Source: Tubiluchus corallicola (taxonomy: Eukaryota; Animalia; Priapulida). From it: a DNA stretch of 34,688 nt. Made by a program: the position numbers and the translations under genes. Of the stretch, positions 1 through 12,815 are shown piece after piece. The DNA is taken from the NCBI GenBank assembly GCA_030141605.1, contig JAQGDQ010001561.1, positions 1-34,688 on the forward strand, given 5' to 3'. The first letter of the stretch is position 1. Every line of letters starts with the position of its first letter. Below the pieces are notes generated by a model, which was not told the origin of the DNA, did not search any database, and was given only the letters and a program-made list of their open reading frames with translations.

Positions 1-1888
1 CACAATTTAAATTCACTCTAAAAAATATTCACTATAGATTAAAGCCATGCTTCTCAAAAAATTTCATATAGGCATTAAGCTGGTACTGCCTACAGAGCTT
101 ATACAGAGCATGTACAAAGCTTTTAACAACAAGGAAAAAATAACTCTGAAGAAACAGAGTTTGCTTTCAATTGATAATTTTAGTGATAGTGACACTTTTG
201 TATGTTTCACTTTTTTCCTTGAAAATCGGCTGAATAAAACAGCTAAAATATTAACAAAGTAAATAAAATTTGTAATTTTTGAATAGCATTTGTTGCTGGT
301 TCATAGCTCAATGATATCATGAAAAACTCATTTTCAGATCCAAGAAACAGTTTACTTACTATAAGCATGTTACTTACTATTTTACTTTACTTTTACTTTT
401 TACAAAAAAATGGCCACCATTACAAACAATCAGAATTTGCAGTTCCAAAAGCAGCCATTACTTAATAAAAGCTATACCAATGTACTAAAAGCTTTCTCTA
501 GCTCAGGCTGTTTCAGTATGGCTGGGCTGCATAATAATTATGTTTTACTCAATAATACATATATCATTAATATTGTCTGATGTTTTGTATTGTGGTTTCT
601 AAAACAGAAGCCGCAAAGCTAACATTGAGTGACAAAATTTCCACGTTACCCTAGTACAGTAAGCCAAAGTCCTTGAACAGGCTACATTAGATAGTTTAAA
701 AACTATCCGCAAGGTAGAGCCACCTTCCAGTAAAGCAATGTGGACGCTTAAGCGAGAGTTAGATACATTTCATCATAGATTTACACTAGTTAGAGACTAG
801 ATTCAGACATGATTACTAATATACAATAAAAATACAAATTGTGCACAAATATAATAAGAACAGTAATGCTTAAACATGTATTATACTTCTTACATAAGTA
901 GCATGATGCATTGGGGTAACCCTTACGCGATAAGTAACTCATTAGTTATATTTTTACGATATTTGTAAAATATCAATAAAACACGATAACGATCACGATA
1001 ATTTTTAAAAATACAATACAGGGCACAAATTTAACAATTTTTTCTAGCAAAAACGGGAACTAGCCAAATATATTTGTATTTCATCTGTATTTCTTTCATA
1101 TTTGTAAAATCACTAAATTATTCAATGCACGAATAAGTGAAGAGGTTCGATCTAGAATGTGCCAGGGAGATTCTCGTAAAACAGTGATGTCCTCGTAACA
1201 CACGCAAGTGAAAAACTTATTGCGATTTGGCATTTGGAATGATTTTAGACAACCACTTTAATTAAAACCATAATATTACAATTTTATGTAAACGGGGTAT
1301 TGCTAACTGCATGCCTTGACTCAGAAAAAACACAAGATTTCAATTTCTATGCTTGGAATTTTCTTAGCAAGCTTGGTGGGACCTAATTCTCGTTGTTGAT
1401 TAACTGTATTATTAACCCAAAGTGTTTTTATTATTACATATCAAATTTGATCTGTCTTTCAATCAAAATCTAAATGCTATTTTTAGTTTAATCAAGATTG
1501 ACCTTATTCTGTTGCCCGCTAATTAAAGTACATGTATTTTCTTTACTCTGGATTACTTAATTACACAGCAAATGTCATAATTTTAAAAATTACTAATGTT
1601 TCCTAAATTAAACTGATAACATTAATGCCCACTAGTGTCTAAAAATCATTTTATCCATATTCAGTAAAGGATAGCAGACTAGGCGACTTTATAGTCTTTT
1701 TGCTATCCTTTCTCTAGTTCTAGATCTTTCTATACATTTTAACCAATCTTCAAAACTTATTAGCGATTTTTTTATTAATCATGATTTATTCTAGTATTAT
1801 AAAGAAATAAATAAATAAATTAAAATTAAATTAAGTTAGAAAAAATTAGGCTGCAGCCTATACTAGCCTATTGGATAATATGTGTAAG

Positions 1889-2409
<521 letters not shown>

Positions 2410-3150
2410 TGTGTAAGTGTGAATAAACATAGCTTGTTTCCTGTATTGATTCTGGTATAATGTCTTCCCCAAACTATTTGTATCTTATCGGCCAGAGAGT
2501 AAATAAATAATATATTACACATCAGACATGAATTTTCTCTTTTCCATTATCTTATTTGCAATTGATCATGTGGAAGCTGGGAATTGTTGTCTTTGTTTTC
2601 CCCGAGTGCTGTTTTTTGAAATGTCATCATGCTGACATAACCAAACCCCAGCTGACAGTGCTGCAGATATTATCTGAAATGTGGATGATGTGATTTTGTT
2701 TTCCGATGCGGGAACTCTCCCCGCGCAGTTGTTGATTCATTTTTGATTGTGTTTGAGGAGAGAGTATGCTGCCAAAATCACCGTCCACATTTGGATGCAA
2801 ATTCAAATATGAGTCGGTATTTATCTGTCTTCGCGAATCTTAATAGATTTTTAATGTCACACGAATCAAATTATCGTTTCAGTACTTAGGGAAATCACCA
2901 TGCATATTGGCTTCCTCAATTGGCTTCATCAATTCGCTAAGAAATAGATGCACATTTTTTCGTAGGGCAAAGAATTACTTTTTTTTCGGTGACATGACAC
3001 AAAAGTTTAAAATTTTACTCCAATGAAAAGTAGTTATTCATAATTTCTAAAGTGTAAAAGCAAGAAAAATAACCATACAATAATATTGTATTTATTTTTA
3101 TTTATTTTACTGTATTTATTTTACTAATATAACTAGTAAAATTTTTAATA

Positions 3151-3665
3151 GTTAAAAACTCATGTCAAACGTTTCGAGAGAGCTACTGCTGTCACTACCA
3201 GTGGTAAATCTTTAGAAACATGCAACCCGTTTATATACGCAGAGCCTACAGTATAGAACATTATGCACTAATTATGTATTTAACAGAAGCCAAATAGGTA
3301 ATGAATAAGCAGACCAGTAAAGAAATTGATACAGTAAATTATGCACTAATTATGTCTTTACAGAAGCTAGATAGGTAATGAATAAGTAGAATTTTACTGT
3401 ATCAATTTCATTAGTACAGGTCTTCTTATTCATTACCTATATGGCTTCTGTTAAATACATAATTAGTGCATAATTTACTGTATCAATTTCTTTTCTGCTG
3501 GTCTGCTTATTCATTACCTATTTGGCTTCTGTTAAATACTTAATTAGTGCATAATGTTCTATACTGTAGGCTCTGCCTATATAAACTGGTTGTATGTTTA
3601 TAAAGATTTACCACTGGTAGTGACAGCAGTAGCTATCTCGAAACGTTTGACATGAGTTTTTTAAC
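3151..3665. mobile_element. Foldback MITE (almost wholly palindromic), TA-flanked
   Basis: The left arm GTTAAAAACTCATGTCAAACGTTTCGAG... (about 3151-3387) is the reverse complement of the right arm ...CTCGAAACGTTTGACATGAGTTTTTTAAC (about 3425-3665). TA lies on both sides. There are internal subrepeats of about 80 bp (ATTATGCACTAATTATG...GTAATGAATAAG). Confidence 0.85.
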
Positions 3666-3776
3666 TATGTAAACTAACAGTTTTAATAAAATTTTGGTGA
3701 TTTAACCTTGAAATGTTTCTCCTCTGTTCTTTGTATGGATTATCGATATTGTTAATATCCAGACTAGGACAAGGAG

Positions 3777-5963
3777 TCTAGTTCTCAAAGTTAAATACGA
3801 AGTAATGTGAATTTTTAAGGGTTCTAGTTCTCAAAGTTAAATACGAAGTAATGTGGATTTTTAAGGGGTCTAGTTCTCGAAGTTAAATATGAAGTAATGT
3901 GGATTTTTAAGGGGTCTAGTTCTCAAAGTTAAACACGAAGTAATGTGAATTTTTAAGGGCTCTAGTTCTCAAAGTTAAATACGAAGTAATGTGGATTTTT
4001 AAGGGGTCTAGTTCTCGAAGTTAAATACGAAGTAATGTGGATTTTTAAGGGGTCTAGTTCTCGAAGTTAAATACGAAGTAATGTGGATTTTTAAGGGGTC
4101 TAGTTCTCGAAGTTAAATACGAAGTAATGTGGATTTTTAAGGGGTCTAGTTCTCGAAGTTAAATACGAAGTAATGTGGATTTTTAAGGGGTCTAGTTCTC
4201 GAAGTTAAATATGAAGTAATGTTGATTTTTAAGGGGTTTAGTTCTCGAAGTTAAATATGAAGTAATGTGAATTTTTAAGGGGTTTAGTTCTCGAAGTTAA
4301 ATATGAAGTAATGTGGATTTTTAAGGGGTTTAGTTCTCGAAGTTAAATACGAAGTAATGTGGATTTTTAAGGGGTTTAGTTCTCGAAGTTAAATATGAAG
4401 TAATGTGGATTTTTAAGGGGTTTAGTTCTCGAAGTTAAATACGAAGTAATGTGGATTTTTAAAGGGTTTAGTTCTCGAAGTTAAATATGAAGTAATGTGG
4501 ATTTTTAAGGGGTCTAGTTCTCGAAGTTAAATATGAAGTAATGTGGATTTTTAAGGGGTCTAGTTCTCGAAGTTAAATACGAAGTATTGTGAATTTTTAA
4601 GGGGTCTAGTTCTCGAAGTTAAATATGAAGTAATGTGGATTTTTAAGGGGTTTAGTTCTCAAAGTTAAACACGAAGTAATGTGAATTTTTAAGGGCTCTA
4701 GTTCTCAAAGTTAAATACGAAGTAATGTGGATTTTAAGGGGTCTAGTTCTCAAAGTTAAACACGAAGTAATGTGGATTTTTAAGGGGTCTAGTTCTCAAA
4801 GTTAAATATGAAGTAATGTGGATTTTTAAGGGGTCTAGTTCTCGAAGTTAAATACGAAGTAATGTGGATTTTTAAGGGGTCTAGTTCTCGAAGTTAAATA
4901 TGAAGTAATGTGGATTTTTAAGGGGTTTAGTTCTCGAAGTTAAATATGAAGTAATGTGAATTTTTAAGGGGTCTAGTTCTCGAAGTTAAATATGAAGTAA
5001 TGTGGATTTTTAAGGGGTTTAGTTCTCGAAGTTAAATACGAAGTAATGTGGATTTTTAAGGGGTTTAGTTCTCGAAGTTAAATATGAAGTAATGTGGATT
5101 TTTAAGGGGTTTAGTTCTCGAAGTTAAATACGAAGTAATGTGGATTTTTAAAGGGTTTAGTTCTCGAAGTTAAATATGAAGTAATGTGGATTTTTAAGGG
5201 GTCTAGTTCTCGAAGTTAAATATGAAGTAATGTGGATTTTTAAGGGGTCTAGTTCTCGAAGTTAAATACGAAGTATTGTGAATTTTTAAGGGGTCTAGTT
5301 CTCGAAGTTAAATATGAAGTAATGTGGATTTTTAAGGGGTTTAGTTCTCAAAGTTAAACACGAAGTAATGTGAATTTTTAAGGGCTCTAGTTCTCAAAGT
5401 TAAATACGAAGTAATGTGGATTTTAAGGGGTCTAGTTCTCAAAGTTAAACACGAAGTAATGTGGATTTTTAAGGGGTCTAGTTCTCAAATTTAAATATGA
5501 AGTAATGTGGATTTTTAAGGGGTTTAGTTCTCAAAGTTAAACACGAAGTAATGTGAATTTTTAAGGGCTCTAGTTCTCAAAGTTAAATACGAAGTAATGT
5601 GGATTTTAAGGGGTCTAGTTCTCAAAGTTAAATACGAAGTAATCTGGATTTTTAAGGGGTCTAGTTCTCAAAGTTAAATATGAAGTAATGTGGATTTTTA
5701 AGGGGTTTAGTTCTCAAAGTTAAACACGAAGTAATGTGAATTTTTAAGGGCTCTAGTTCTCAAAGTTAAATACGAAGTAATGTGGATTTTAAGGGGTCTA
5801 GTTCTCAAAGTTAAATACGAAGTAATCTGGATTTTTAAGGGGTCTAGTTCTCAAAGTTAAATATGAAGTAATCTGGATTTTTAAGGGGTCTAGTTCTCAA
5901 ATTTAAATGTGAAGTAATGCCACATATGAAGTAATGTGGATTTTAAGGGGTCTAATTCTCAAG
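3777..5963. repeat. 46-bp minisatellite, about 47 copies, with higher-order structure
   Basis: Unit GGGGTCTAGTTCTCGAAGTTAAATACGAAGTAATGTGGATTTTTAA. Period checked at 3781/3827. Confidence 0.97.
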
Positions 5964-6268
5964 TGTTAATTGCATTTTAAAGTTTAGTTCTTTCCAACCA
6001 ACAGTGTAAAACTCTTTTGAACTCTAATGGCTCAATTCGTGTCAAATTGTCAACACACCACAAACGCTTATTTTTTGTGGGTAAGTACTAAAACACTGGC
6101 TGGTGTCGACATTTAAGTCTTCGTAACAATTTTGTTATGAATTTTGCAGTATTTTTAATCTAAACAAATCAATTCTTATGTTTGTTAAATACATACAACA
6201 TGCTTATTTAAAGTATGCGTTCTTGAACTTTCATCGTCTATTTTAAACGACATATTCATTTCAATTTT

Positions 6269-6672
6269 ATTATATATATATAATCTTTATTTGCCATTAA
6301 AATACATTGATAATCACTGATAAAAACTTTACAGAGATGATCAATCAGTGTTAGTTAATAAAAACTTACACTGCTAAAGGCAAATGCGTCAGTGCAATCT
6401 AAACTACTGTGCAGTAATGGAAAGTAACGACGAATAAAATCAAACGTATTTACAACTATGCACAAAAAATGAAAAAAACTATGATTTAATTAATATGGCC
6501 GTGGATATATGAATTCTGAATTAGTGTGTATGTTGTCGTACTGGTGTGATGGTATTTCATATCTGATTAATATTAGTGATTTTAATTTTGCTTTAAATGC
6601 TGATAGGGACTTGATTTGTTTAACCTTTAATGGTAGAGAATTCCAAAGTAGAATTGCTTGCTTGATTACAGA
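6269..6672 (-). mobile_element. 5'-truncated CR1/L2-group LINE 3' end
   Basis: Near-identical reverse complement of about 31989-32395. It includes the RT-ORF C-terminus (AILLWNSLP..VKQIKSLSAFK), a 3' UTR, AATAAA and a (TA)n tail. Confidence 0.8.
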
Positions 6673-6809
6673 CAGATACCCTACAGTTCATTTAATTTTG
6701 ACACGTTCTTGTGGCATTTTGATTGGTCAGAATACGGACGTTCGACCATCCCTATTTTACATTAAATCTTGCCATTATTCCGGGATAGATTTGCCGTTAT
6801 CCAACAGGA

Positions 6810-6990
6810 TCTGCCCATAATCTGACGTTCTAGTGAAATCTTTGTTTAATGGAAAATGTTAAATTGCTAGAGAGTTTTGCTCACTGCGCCTGTGCGACTT
6901 AGAGGCTTATGGCAGCTGTAATAATAATGTACGTTCTCTTGTTGAATAAACTGCAATGTAAAGTGGTAAATAGGAGAGTTGTGTATGGAT
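6810..6990 (+). repeat. Diverged dispersed repeat, copy A (copy B at 12010-12200)
   Basis: Collinear shared blocks: ATCTGCCCATAATCTGAC, TAGTGAAAT, GTTAAATTGC, GCGCCTG.GCGAC, TGTTGAATAAAC, GTGGTAAATAGGAG. Confidence 0.8.
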
Positions 6991-7488
6991 GGGGGGGGGG
7001 GTGACAGAGAAGCTGGCTTGTGTGAAAATGCTGAGGGATTAATGCAGTTATGGCTTTATGTTCGGTTGATTGAACAACATTTTAATGCATTATGACTGAA
7101 GTCAGCACAGAGAGAGAGAGAGGGGGGGGGGGGAGTGCAAAACGGATGCTTTGTTGGGTTGCTGATGCTGCCGGATGGAATTTTTACTGCTTTTCGCAAG
7201 TCAGCAAAATGTGTGCTGGCTTTTTATCACTAATGACTCAATAAACGTAATGTATAATCCTGGAAATGTTGCAGAATATGCAGACTACTGTACCCACTCA
7301 CTCTTCTAGTTATTCGTAATTAGTAATATGGGTGATCATTATGATTAGTTTAGTTTAGTTAAGTTTATTGCATTTGCTATGACCAAATAATAAATAAATA
7401 TGCTGAAAATACAAAATAGCAAATTAAGACAAGCAGCAGGTAAATAATAAAGTTGATTAACGGATTATTGGGGCTGTAATAATACATT

Positions 7489-8233
<745 letters not shown>

Positions 8234-8236
8234 AGG

Positions 8237-8305
8237 AAGTTACATCCTTTTGTGAAATTACCATCACTGTCACTAGATGGCAGTTTCCAGAGCATGGAGA
8301 GTTTA
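8237..8305 (+). other. Partial duplicate of the putative exon at 9135-9250, wedged between microsatellites
   Basis: AAGTTACATCCTTTTGTGAAATTACCATCACTGTCACTAGATGGCAGTTTCCAGAGCATGGAGAGTTTA aligns without gaps to 9140-9208, with 8 mismatches in 69 nt by eye. Confidence 0.85.
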
Positions 8306-8431
8306 TATATATGCATATATGTATATATATATAATATATATATGTATATATGTATGTGTGTGTGTGTGTGTGTGCGTGTGCGTGTGCGTGTGCGTGTGCG
8401 TGTGCGTGTGCGTGTGCGTGTGCGTGTGTGT

Positions 8432-8506
<75 letters not shown>

Positions 8507-8517
8507 ATATGTATATA
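8305..8517. repeat. (TA)n/(TG)n/(TGTGCG)n compound microsatellite
   Basis: Read directly. Confidence 0.97.
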
Positions 8518-9134
8518 AGAGCTAATAAGAGCATCACAAATGCAATCATACCTGCAGCATAGTCACCAGAATAAGAACAAAAATAATAATGTATATGTAT
8601 ATGTATATACATATATATAGATGCTCTTATTAGCCCTATTGCTGTCCTAGTTATAGGTTTTTATTTGACTAATTTTCATTGAGCAATAGTAGTTTAGTTA
8701 GTTTGACTGACTGAATAGCTGGTTGGTTGTCGATTTGATTGGTTAGTTGATGGGTTGGCTGGCTGACTGGTGGCCTAGTTGGTAACTTGGCATGTTGTTT
8801 AGCTGGTTGATTAGATTGGTATTTGTTTGGATAGTAGTTTGGCTCACTGGTTGATTGGTTAATTGGCTGCCTGGTTGGTCGATTACGAGTGAGTTGTGTT
8901 GATTAACTCAATGATAATTTGTTGTTATTTGTTTATTTGTTTGTTGCTGGCTAAGTGAGAGCTTGTTTGATTGGTTTAAGCTTCCAACTAATTAGTTGAT
9001 TGTCTACTTGATGTTTAACTGGCTAGCTGGTCGTATAGCTGGTTAACTGACTGTCTGGCTGAATGTCAGATTTTGATTGTGTAACTGGTTGGTAAATGAC
9101 TCATGCCACTAAGCTAATTACTCTCGTATTTCAG

Positions 9135-9250
9135 GGACAAAGTTAAACCCTCTTGCGAAGTTACCACCACTGTCACTAGATGGCAGTTTCTAGAGCATGG
9201 AAAGTTTAGTCGATGCAACTCTGGACTCAGTAACTGCAGCAAAACTTGAG
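9135..9250 (+). other. Putative spliced exon (116 nt), gene unknown
   Basis: Acceptor CTCTCGTATTTCAG| has a CTAAT branch-like motif upstream. The donor is GAG|GTAAGA. The ATG at 9197 is in strong Kozak context (AGCATGG) and reads MESLVDATLDSVTAAKLE to the donor, with an in-frame TAG just upstream. Confidence 0.5.
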
Positions 9251-9314
9251 GTAAGACCTTATCGCTTTTTTTGCTCGGTACCCAACTATGAACAAAGAGA
9301 ACTTTTGCGAGTTT

Positions 9315-9809
9315 GTCTGTTCACACGAGGACAACATCGTAGGTGTTCTCTGTTCCGTGTGCTACACGTGCATGATGTCTGTTCACACGAGGACAACATC
9401 GTAGGTGTTGTCTGTTCCGTGTGCTACACGTGCATGATGTCTGTTCACACGAGGACAACATCGTAGGTGTTGTCTGTTCCGTGTGCTACACGTGCATGAT
9501 GTCTGTTCACACGAGGACAACATCGTAGGTGTTGTCTGTTCCGTGTGCTACATGTGCATGACGTCTGTTCACACGAGGACAACATCGTAGGTGTTCTCAG
9601 TTCCGTGTGCTACACATGCATGATGTCTGTTCACACGAGGACAACATCGTAGGTGTTCTCTTTTCCGTGTGCTACACGTGCATGATGTCTGTTCACACGA
9701 GGACAACATCGTAGGTGTTCTCAGTTCCGTGTGCTACACGTGCATGATGTCTGTTCACACGAGGACAACATCGTAGGTGTTCTCTGTTCCGTGTGCTACA
9801 TGTGCATGA
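9315..9809. repeat. 62-bp minisatellite, about 8 copies
   Basis: Unit GTCTGTTCACACGAGGACAACATCGTAGGTGTTGTCTGTTCCGTGTGCTACACGTGCATGAT. Period checked at 9321/9383. Confidence 0.97.
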
Positions 9810-10014
9810 CAACCTTGCAAGAGATGTTACTTTTGACGTTGAGTCGATGTGTCACAAATCAGCAATGTTGGATACTGTCATGTGAACTGTGTGGGTTCAG
9901 ACTAAGGCAAATTGTGATCCATTTTTTAGACTTCGTTCATGTCTGCGGGGATGTAAACTTAAGCCGGATCCGTATTCGTGCTTTAATTTTCATTATTATG
10001 AAAGTGAATCACAA

Positions 10015-10392
10015 CCGTTTGTTTCCACTGTATCCTGTGGGATACACAAACATTCTTTGTCATGTGCAAAAAAACAAAGTCCGACTTTTTTAAAAACACA
10101 ACAAAAGCAAAAAATGTGCTTCATTTTGCAACTGCTGATAATTTTCTAAAGTATTTAAGACATTTAGTATGCATGCTATGCTGACCTGTACAAAGTCGTC
10201 TCTAAAGTACTGTGCAGTTTTTTTATGCCGTGTAGATTTTCTAGTTTGCCATTTTATCACCATTTTTAGTCTATTGTTATTGGAATAAATCAAAATAACT
10301 ATTAACAGTTCAAATAACTGTCAGTTTTAAAATTTTATTAGTTTTAAAGGCGATATTCTTGTATCCCACGGGATACAACGGGTATGAAAGGG
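10015..10392. mobile_element. piggyBac-like MITE with a degenerate left end
   Basis: The right end reads ...GTATCCCACGGGATACAACGGGTATGAAAGGG|TTAA. The left end ACAA|CCGTTTGTTTCCACTGTATCCTGTGGGATAC is an imperfect inverted match that includes the GTATCC...GGATAC subterminal palindrome. Confidence 0.55.
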
Positions 10393-10549
10393 TTAAGCTA
10401 GATTAATAGTTGATCATTGATGATAATTAATTAAGCTTGATCAATGATAACTTGATCAAAATAACTTGATCAATAATAAAAATACATATGTACGATTAAT
10501 GTGCACAATTCTGTAATACTTGCCCTACTTCTGACTCAATGATTTCAGC

Positions 10550-11983
10550 CCCTCTGGCAGTAGGCATAGCGTGTCAACTTCGAATGACCAAACTGATTCC
10601 ACAACACATTTAAAAGGTTGTGCCAACATTGTCAAAAGTTGTCGTAATAATTCTAGTAACATAGTTGCAATAGTTGAGATTGTCAGAACTTGCCATGATC
10701 CTACTAATGGTGTCTCAATAGTTGAGATTGTCAGAACTTGCTATGATCCTAATAATGGTGTCTCAATAGTTGAGATTGTCAGAACTTGCCATGATCCTAA
10801 TAATGGAGTCTCAATAGTTGAGATTGTCAGAACTTGCTATGATCCTAATAATGGTGTCTCAATAGTTGAGATTGTCAGAACTTGCCATGATCCTAATATT
10901 GGAGTCTCAATAGTTGAGATTGTCAGAACTTGCCATGATCCTAATAATGGTGTCTCAATAGTTGAGATTGTCAGAACTTGCTATGATCCTAATAATGGAG
11001 TCTCAATAGTTGAGATTGTCAGAACTTGCTATGATCCTAATAATGGTGTCTCAATAGTTGAGATTGTCAGAACTTGCCATGATCTTAGTAATGGAGTCTC
11101 AATAGTTGAGATTGTCAGAACTTGCCATGATCCTAATAATGGAGTCTCAATAGTTGAGATTGTCAGAACTTGCCATGATCCTAATAATGGTGTCTCAATA
11201 GTTGAGATTGTCAGAACTTGCTATGATCCTAATAATGGAGTCTCAATAGTTGAGATTGTCAGAACTTGCCATGATCCTAATAATGGTGTCTCAATAGTTG
11301 AGATTGTCAGAACTTGCCATGATCCTAATAATGGAGTCTCAATAGTTGAGATTGTCAGAACTTGCCATGATCCTAATAATGGAGTCTCAATAGTTGAGAT
11401 TGTCAGAACTTGCTATGATCCTAATAATGGTGTCTCAATAGTTGAGATTGTCAGAACTTGCCATGATCCTAATAATGGTGTCTCAATAGTTGAGATTGTC
11501 AGAACTTGCCATGATCCTAATAATGGAGTCTCAATAGTTGAGATTGTCAGAACTTGCCATGATCCTAATAATGGAGTCTCAATAGTTGAGATTGTCAGAA
11601 CTTGCCATGATCCTAATAATGGAGTCTCAATAGTTGAGATTGTCAGAACTTGCCATGATCCTAATAATGGAGTCTCAATAGTTGAGATTGTCAGAACTTG
11701 CCATGATCCTAATAATGGAGTCTCAATAGTTGAGATTGTCAGAACTTGCCATGATCCTAATAATGGAGTCTCAATAGTTGAGATTGTCAGAACTTGCCAT
11801 GATCCTAATAATGGAGTCTCAATAGTTGAGGTTGTCAGAACTTGCTATGATCCTAATAATGGAGTCTCAATAGTTGAGATTGTCAGAACTTGCCATGATC
11901 CTAATAATGGAGTCTCAATAGTTGAGATTGTCAGAACTTGCCATGATCCTAATAATGGAGTCTCAATAGTTGAGATTGCTTAA
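10550..11983 (+). CDS. Possible terminal coding exon: short unique segment plus about 27 x 16-aa repeat SIVEIVRTC(H/Y)DPNNGV
   Basis: The frame is open from just after the acceptor CTGACTCAATGATTTCAG| (AG at 10547-10548) to TAA at 11981-11983. It has no initiator ATG at its 5' end. The array has no indels, and AATAAA lies at 12155-12160. It could be a chance stop-free frame of a minisatellite. Confidence 0.3.
   Translation, partial: PSGSRHSVSTSNDQTDSTTHLKGCANIVKSCRNNSSNIVAIVEIVRTCHDPTNGVSIVEIVRTCYDPNNGVSIVEIVRTCHDPNNGVSIVEIVRTCYDPNNGVSIVEIVRTCHDPNIGVSIVEIVRTCHDPNNGVSIVEIVRTCYDPNNGVSIVEIVRTCYDPNNGVSIVEIVRTCHDLSNGVSIVEIVRTCHDPNNGVSIVEIVRTCHDPNNGVSIVEIVRTCYDPNNGVSIVEIVRTCHDPNNGVSIVEIVRTCHDPNNGVSIVEIVRTCHDPNNGVSIVEIVRTCYDPNNGVSIVEIVRTCHDPNNGVSIVEIVRTCHDPNNGVSIVEIVRTCHDPNNGVSIVEIVRTCHDPNNGVSIVEIVRTCHDPNNGVSIVEIVRTCHDPNNGVSIVEIVRTCHDPNNGVSIVEIVRTCHDPNNGVSIVEVVRTCYDPNNGVSIVEIVRTCHDPNNGVSIVEIVRTCHDPNNGVSIVEIA
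10668..11978. repeat. 48-bp minisatellite, about 27 copies
   Basis: Unit CAATAGTTGAGATTGTCAGAACTTGCCATGATCCTAATAATGGAGTCT. Confidence 0.98.
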
Positions 11984-12009
11984 CATATGCTTAGTATTAT
12001 GCGAAAAGA

Positions 12010-12200
12010 ATCTGCCCATAATCTGACATTTTAGTGAAATGAAATGATGAAATTGTTTAATGAAAATTTACGTTAAATTGCCAGAGAATTTACTGACCGC
12101 GCCTGAGCGACATAGGCTCATGAGAACTGCAACAATAATGTTCTTCTCCTGTTGAATAAACCACAATAGTAGGGTGGTAAATAGGAGCCTTGTATGGGGA
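12010..12200 (+). repeat. Diverged dispersed repeat, copy B (copy A at 6810-6990)
   Basis: Same collinear blocks as copy A. Confidence 0.8.
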
Positions 12201-12283
12201 TGGCAGGGAAATTGATTTTCCAGAAGCTGCTGTTGTATTCACGCGATTAACCAACATTGATTAAACACACGTATATTTAATAG

Positions 12284-12815
12284 TTGGTTGGCATCCTTCT
12301 GTCTCGGAAGACAATGGAGTGTGCGCCAAGAGAGTCATTGATCACATTGATGAAGCTGCAGCGTCGACTGTGGCTGAGCAGTCCGATCTTTGAACGTCTC
12401 CAGGGCGCACGCCTGGGCAAGGTGTATGGAGATCCTGAGTTGCCCAGACAACAGGAACCCCCTCTCTTCCTCGCTGGTGTAGTCCAAAGGAAAGCGGAGC
12501 GATACGTTTGGCACCAGGAGCTGCCGGAGTCAGTGAGCATGCTGCACTGGTCCGTCTTCGGGGCTCCACTCCTGATTTGGTAGGTTTACTCCTCTACACA
12601 TGGCCGTCGGGTCACTTGACCTCCTCCGTCCTCTAGCCGTTGGCTGCCTTGTGCAGCTCCTCCGCCTAGTGTCAAGATACAGTGTGGGCATCCCGCAAGC
12701 CTACAGCACCTGGTATTCCTAGGCGGTCACCCATCCAAATACTAACCAGGCTCTACGTTGCTTAACTTCGGTGGTCAGACGAGAACCGGTGTTTTCAACG
12801 TGATTTGGCCGTAGC
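12284..12815 (-). mobile_element. 5S rRNA-headed retroposon (SINE3-type) with a bipartite RTE-derived body
   Basis: Perfect 12-bp TSD TATATTTAATAG at 12272-12283 and 12816-12827. The 5S head spans 12697-12815. The body is an RTE-like 5' UTR joined to the RTE ORF C-terminus (SKIGLLSHSRRCS...GAHSIVFRDRRMP) and the tail CCATTGTCTTCCGAGACAGAAGGATGCCAACCAA. Confidence 0.9.
12697..12815 (-). pseudogene. 5S rRNA: Full-length (119 nt) 5S rRNA-derived sequence forming the head of the retroposon
   Basis: The minus strand reads GCTACGGCCAAATCACGTTGAAAACACCGGTTCTCGTCTGACCACCGAAGTTAAGCAACGTAGAGCCTGGTTAGTATTTGGATGGGTGACCGCCTAGGAATACCAGGTGCTGTAGGCTT. This is invertebrate-type 5S with recognisable box A and box C. 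No T4 terminator follows. Confidence 0.95.

Noticed and set aside
2570-2830. Enhancer (octamer ATGCAAAT at 2795-2802, TGACAG, NF-kB-like GGGAACTCTCC)
   Set aside because: Short motifs of this kind are expected by chance, and no conservation data are available.
12697-12815. Functional 5S rRNA gene
   Set aside because: It is a single copy inside a TSD-bounded retroposon, has no oligo-T terminator, and shows several deviations from typical 5S.
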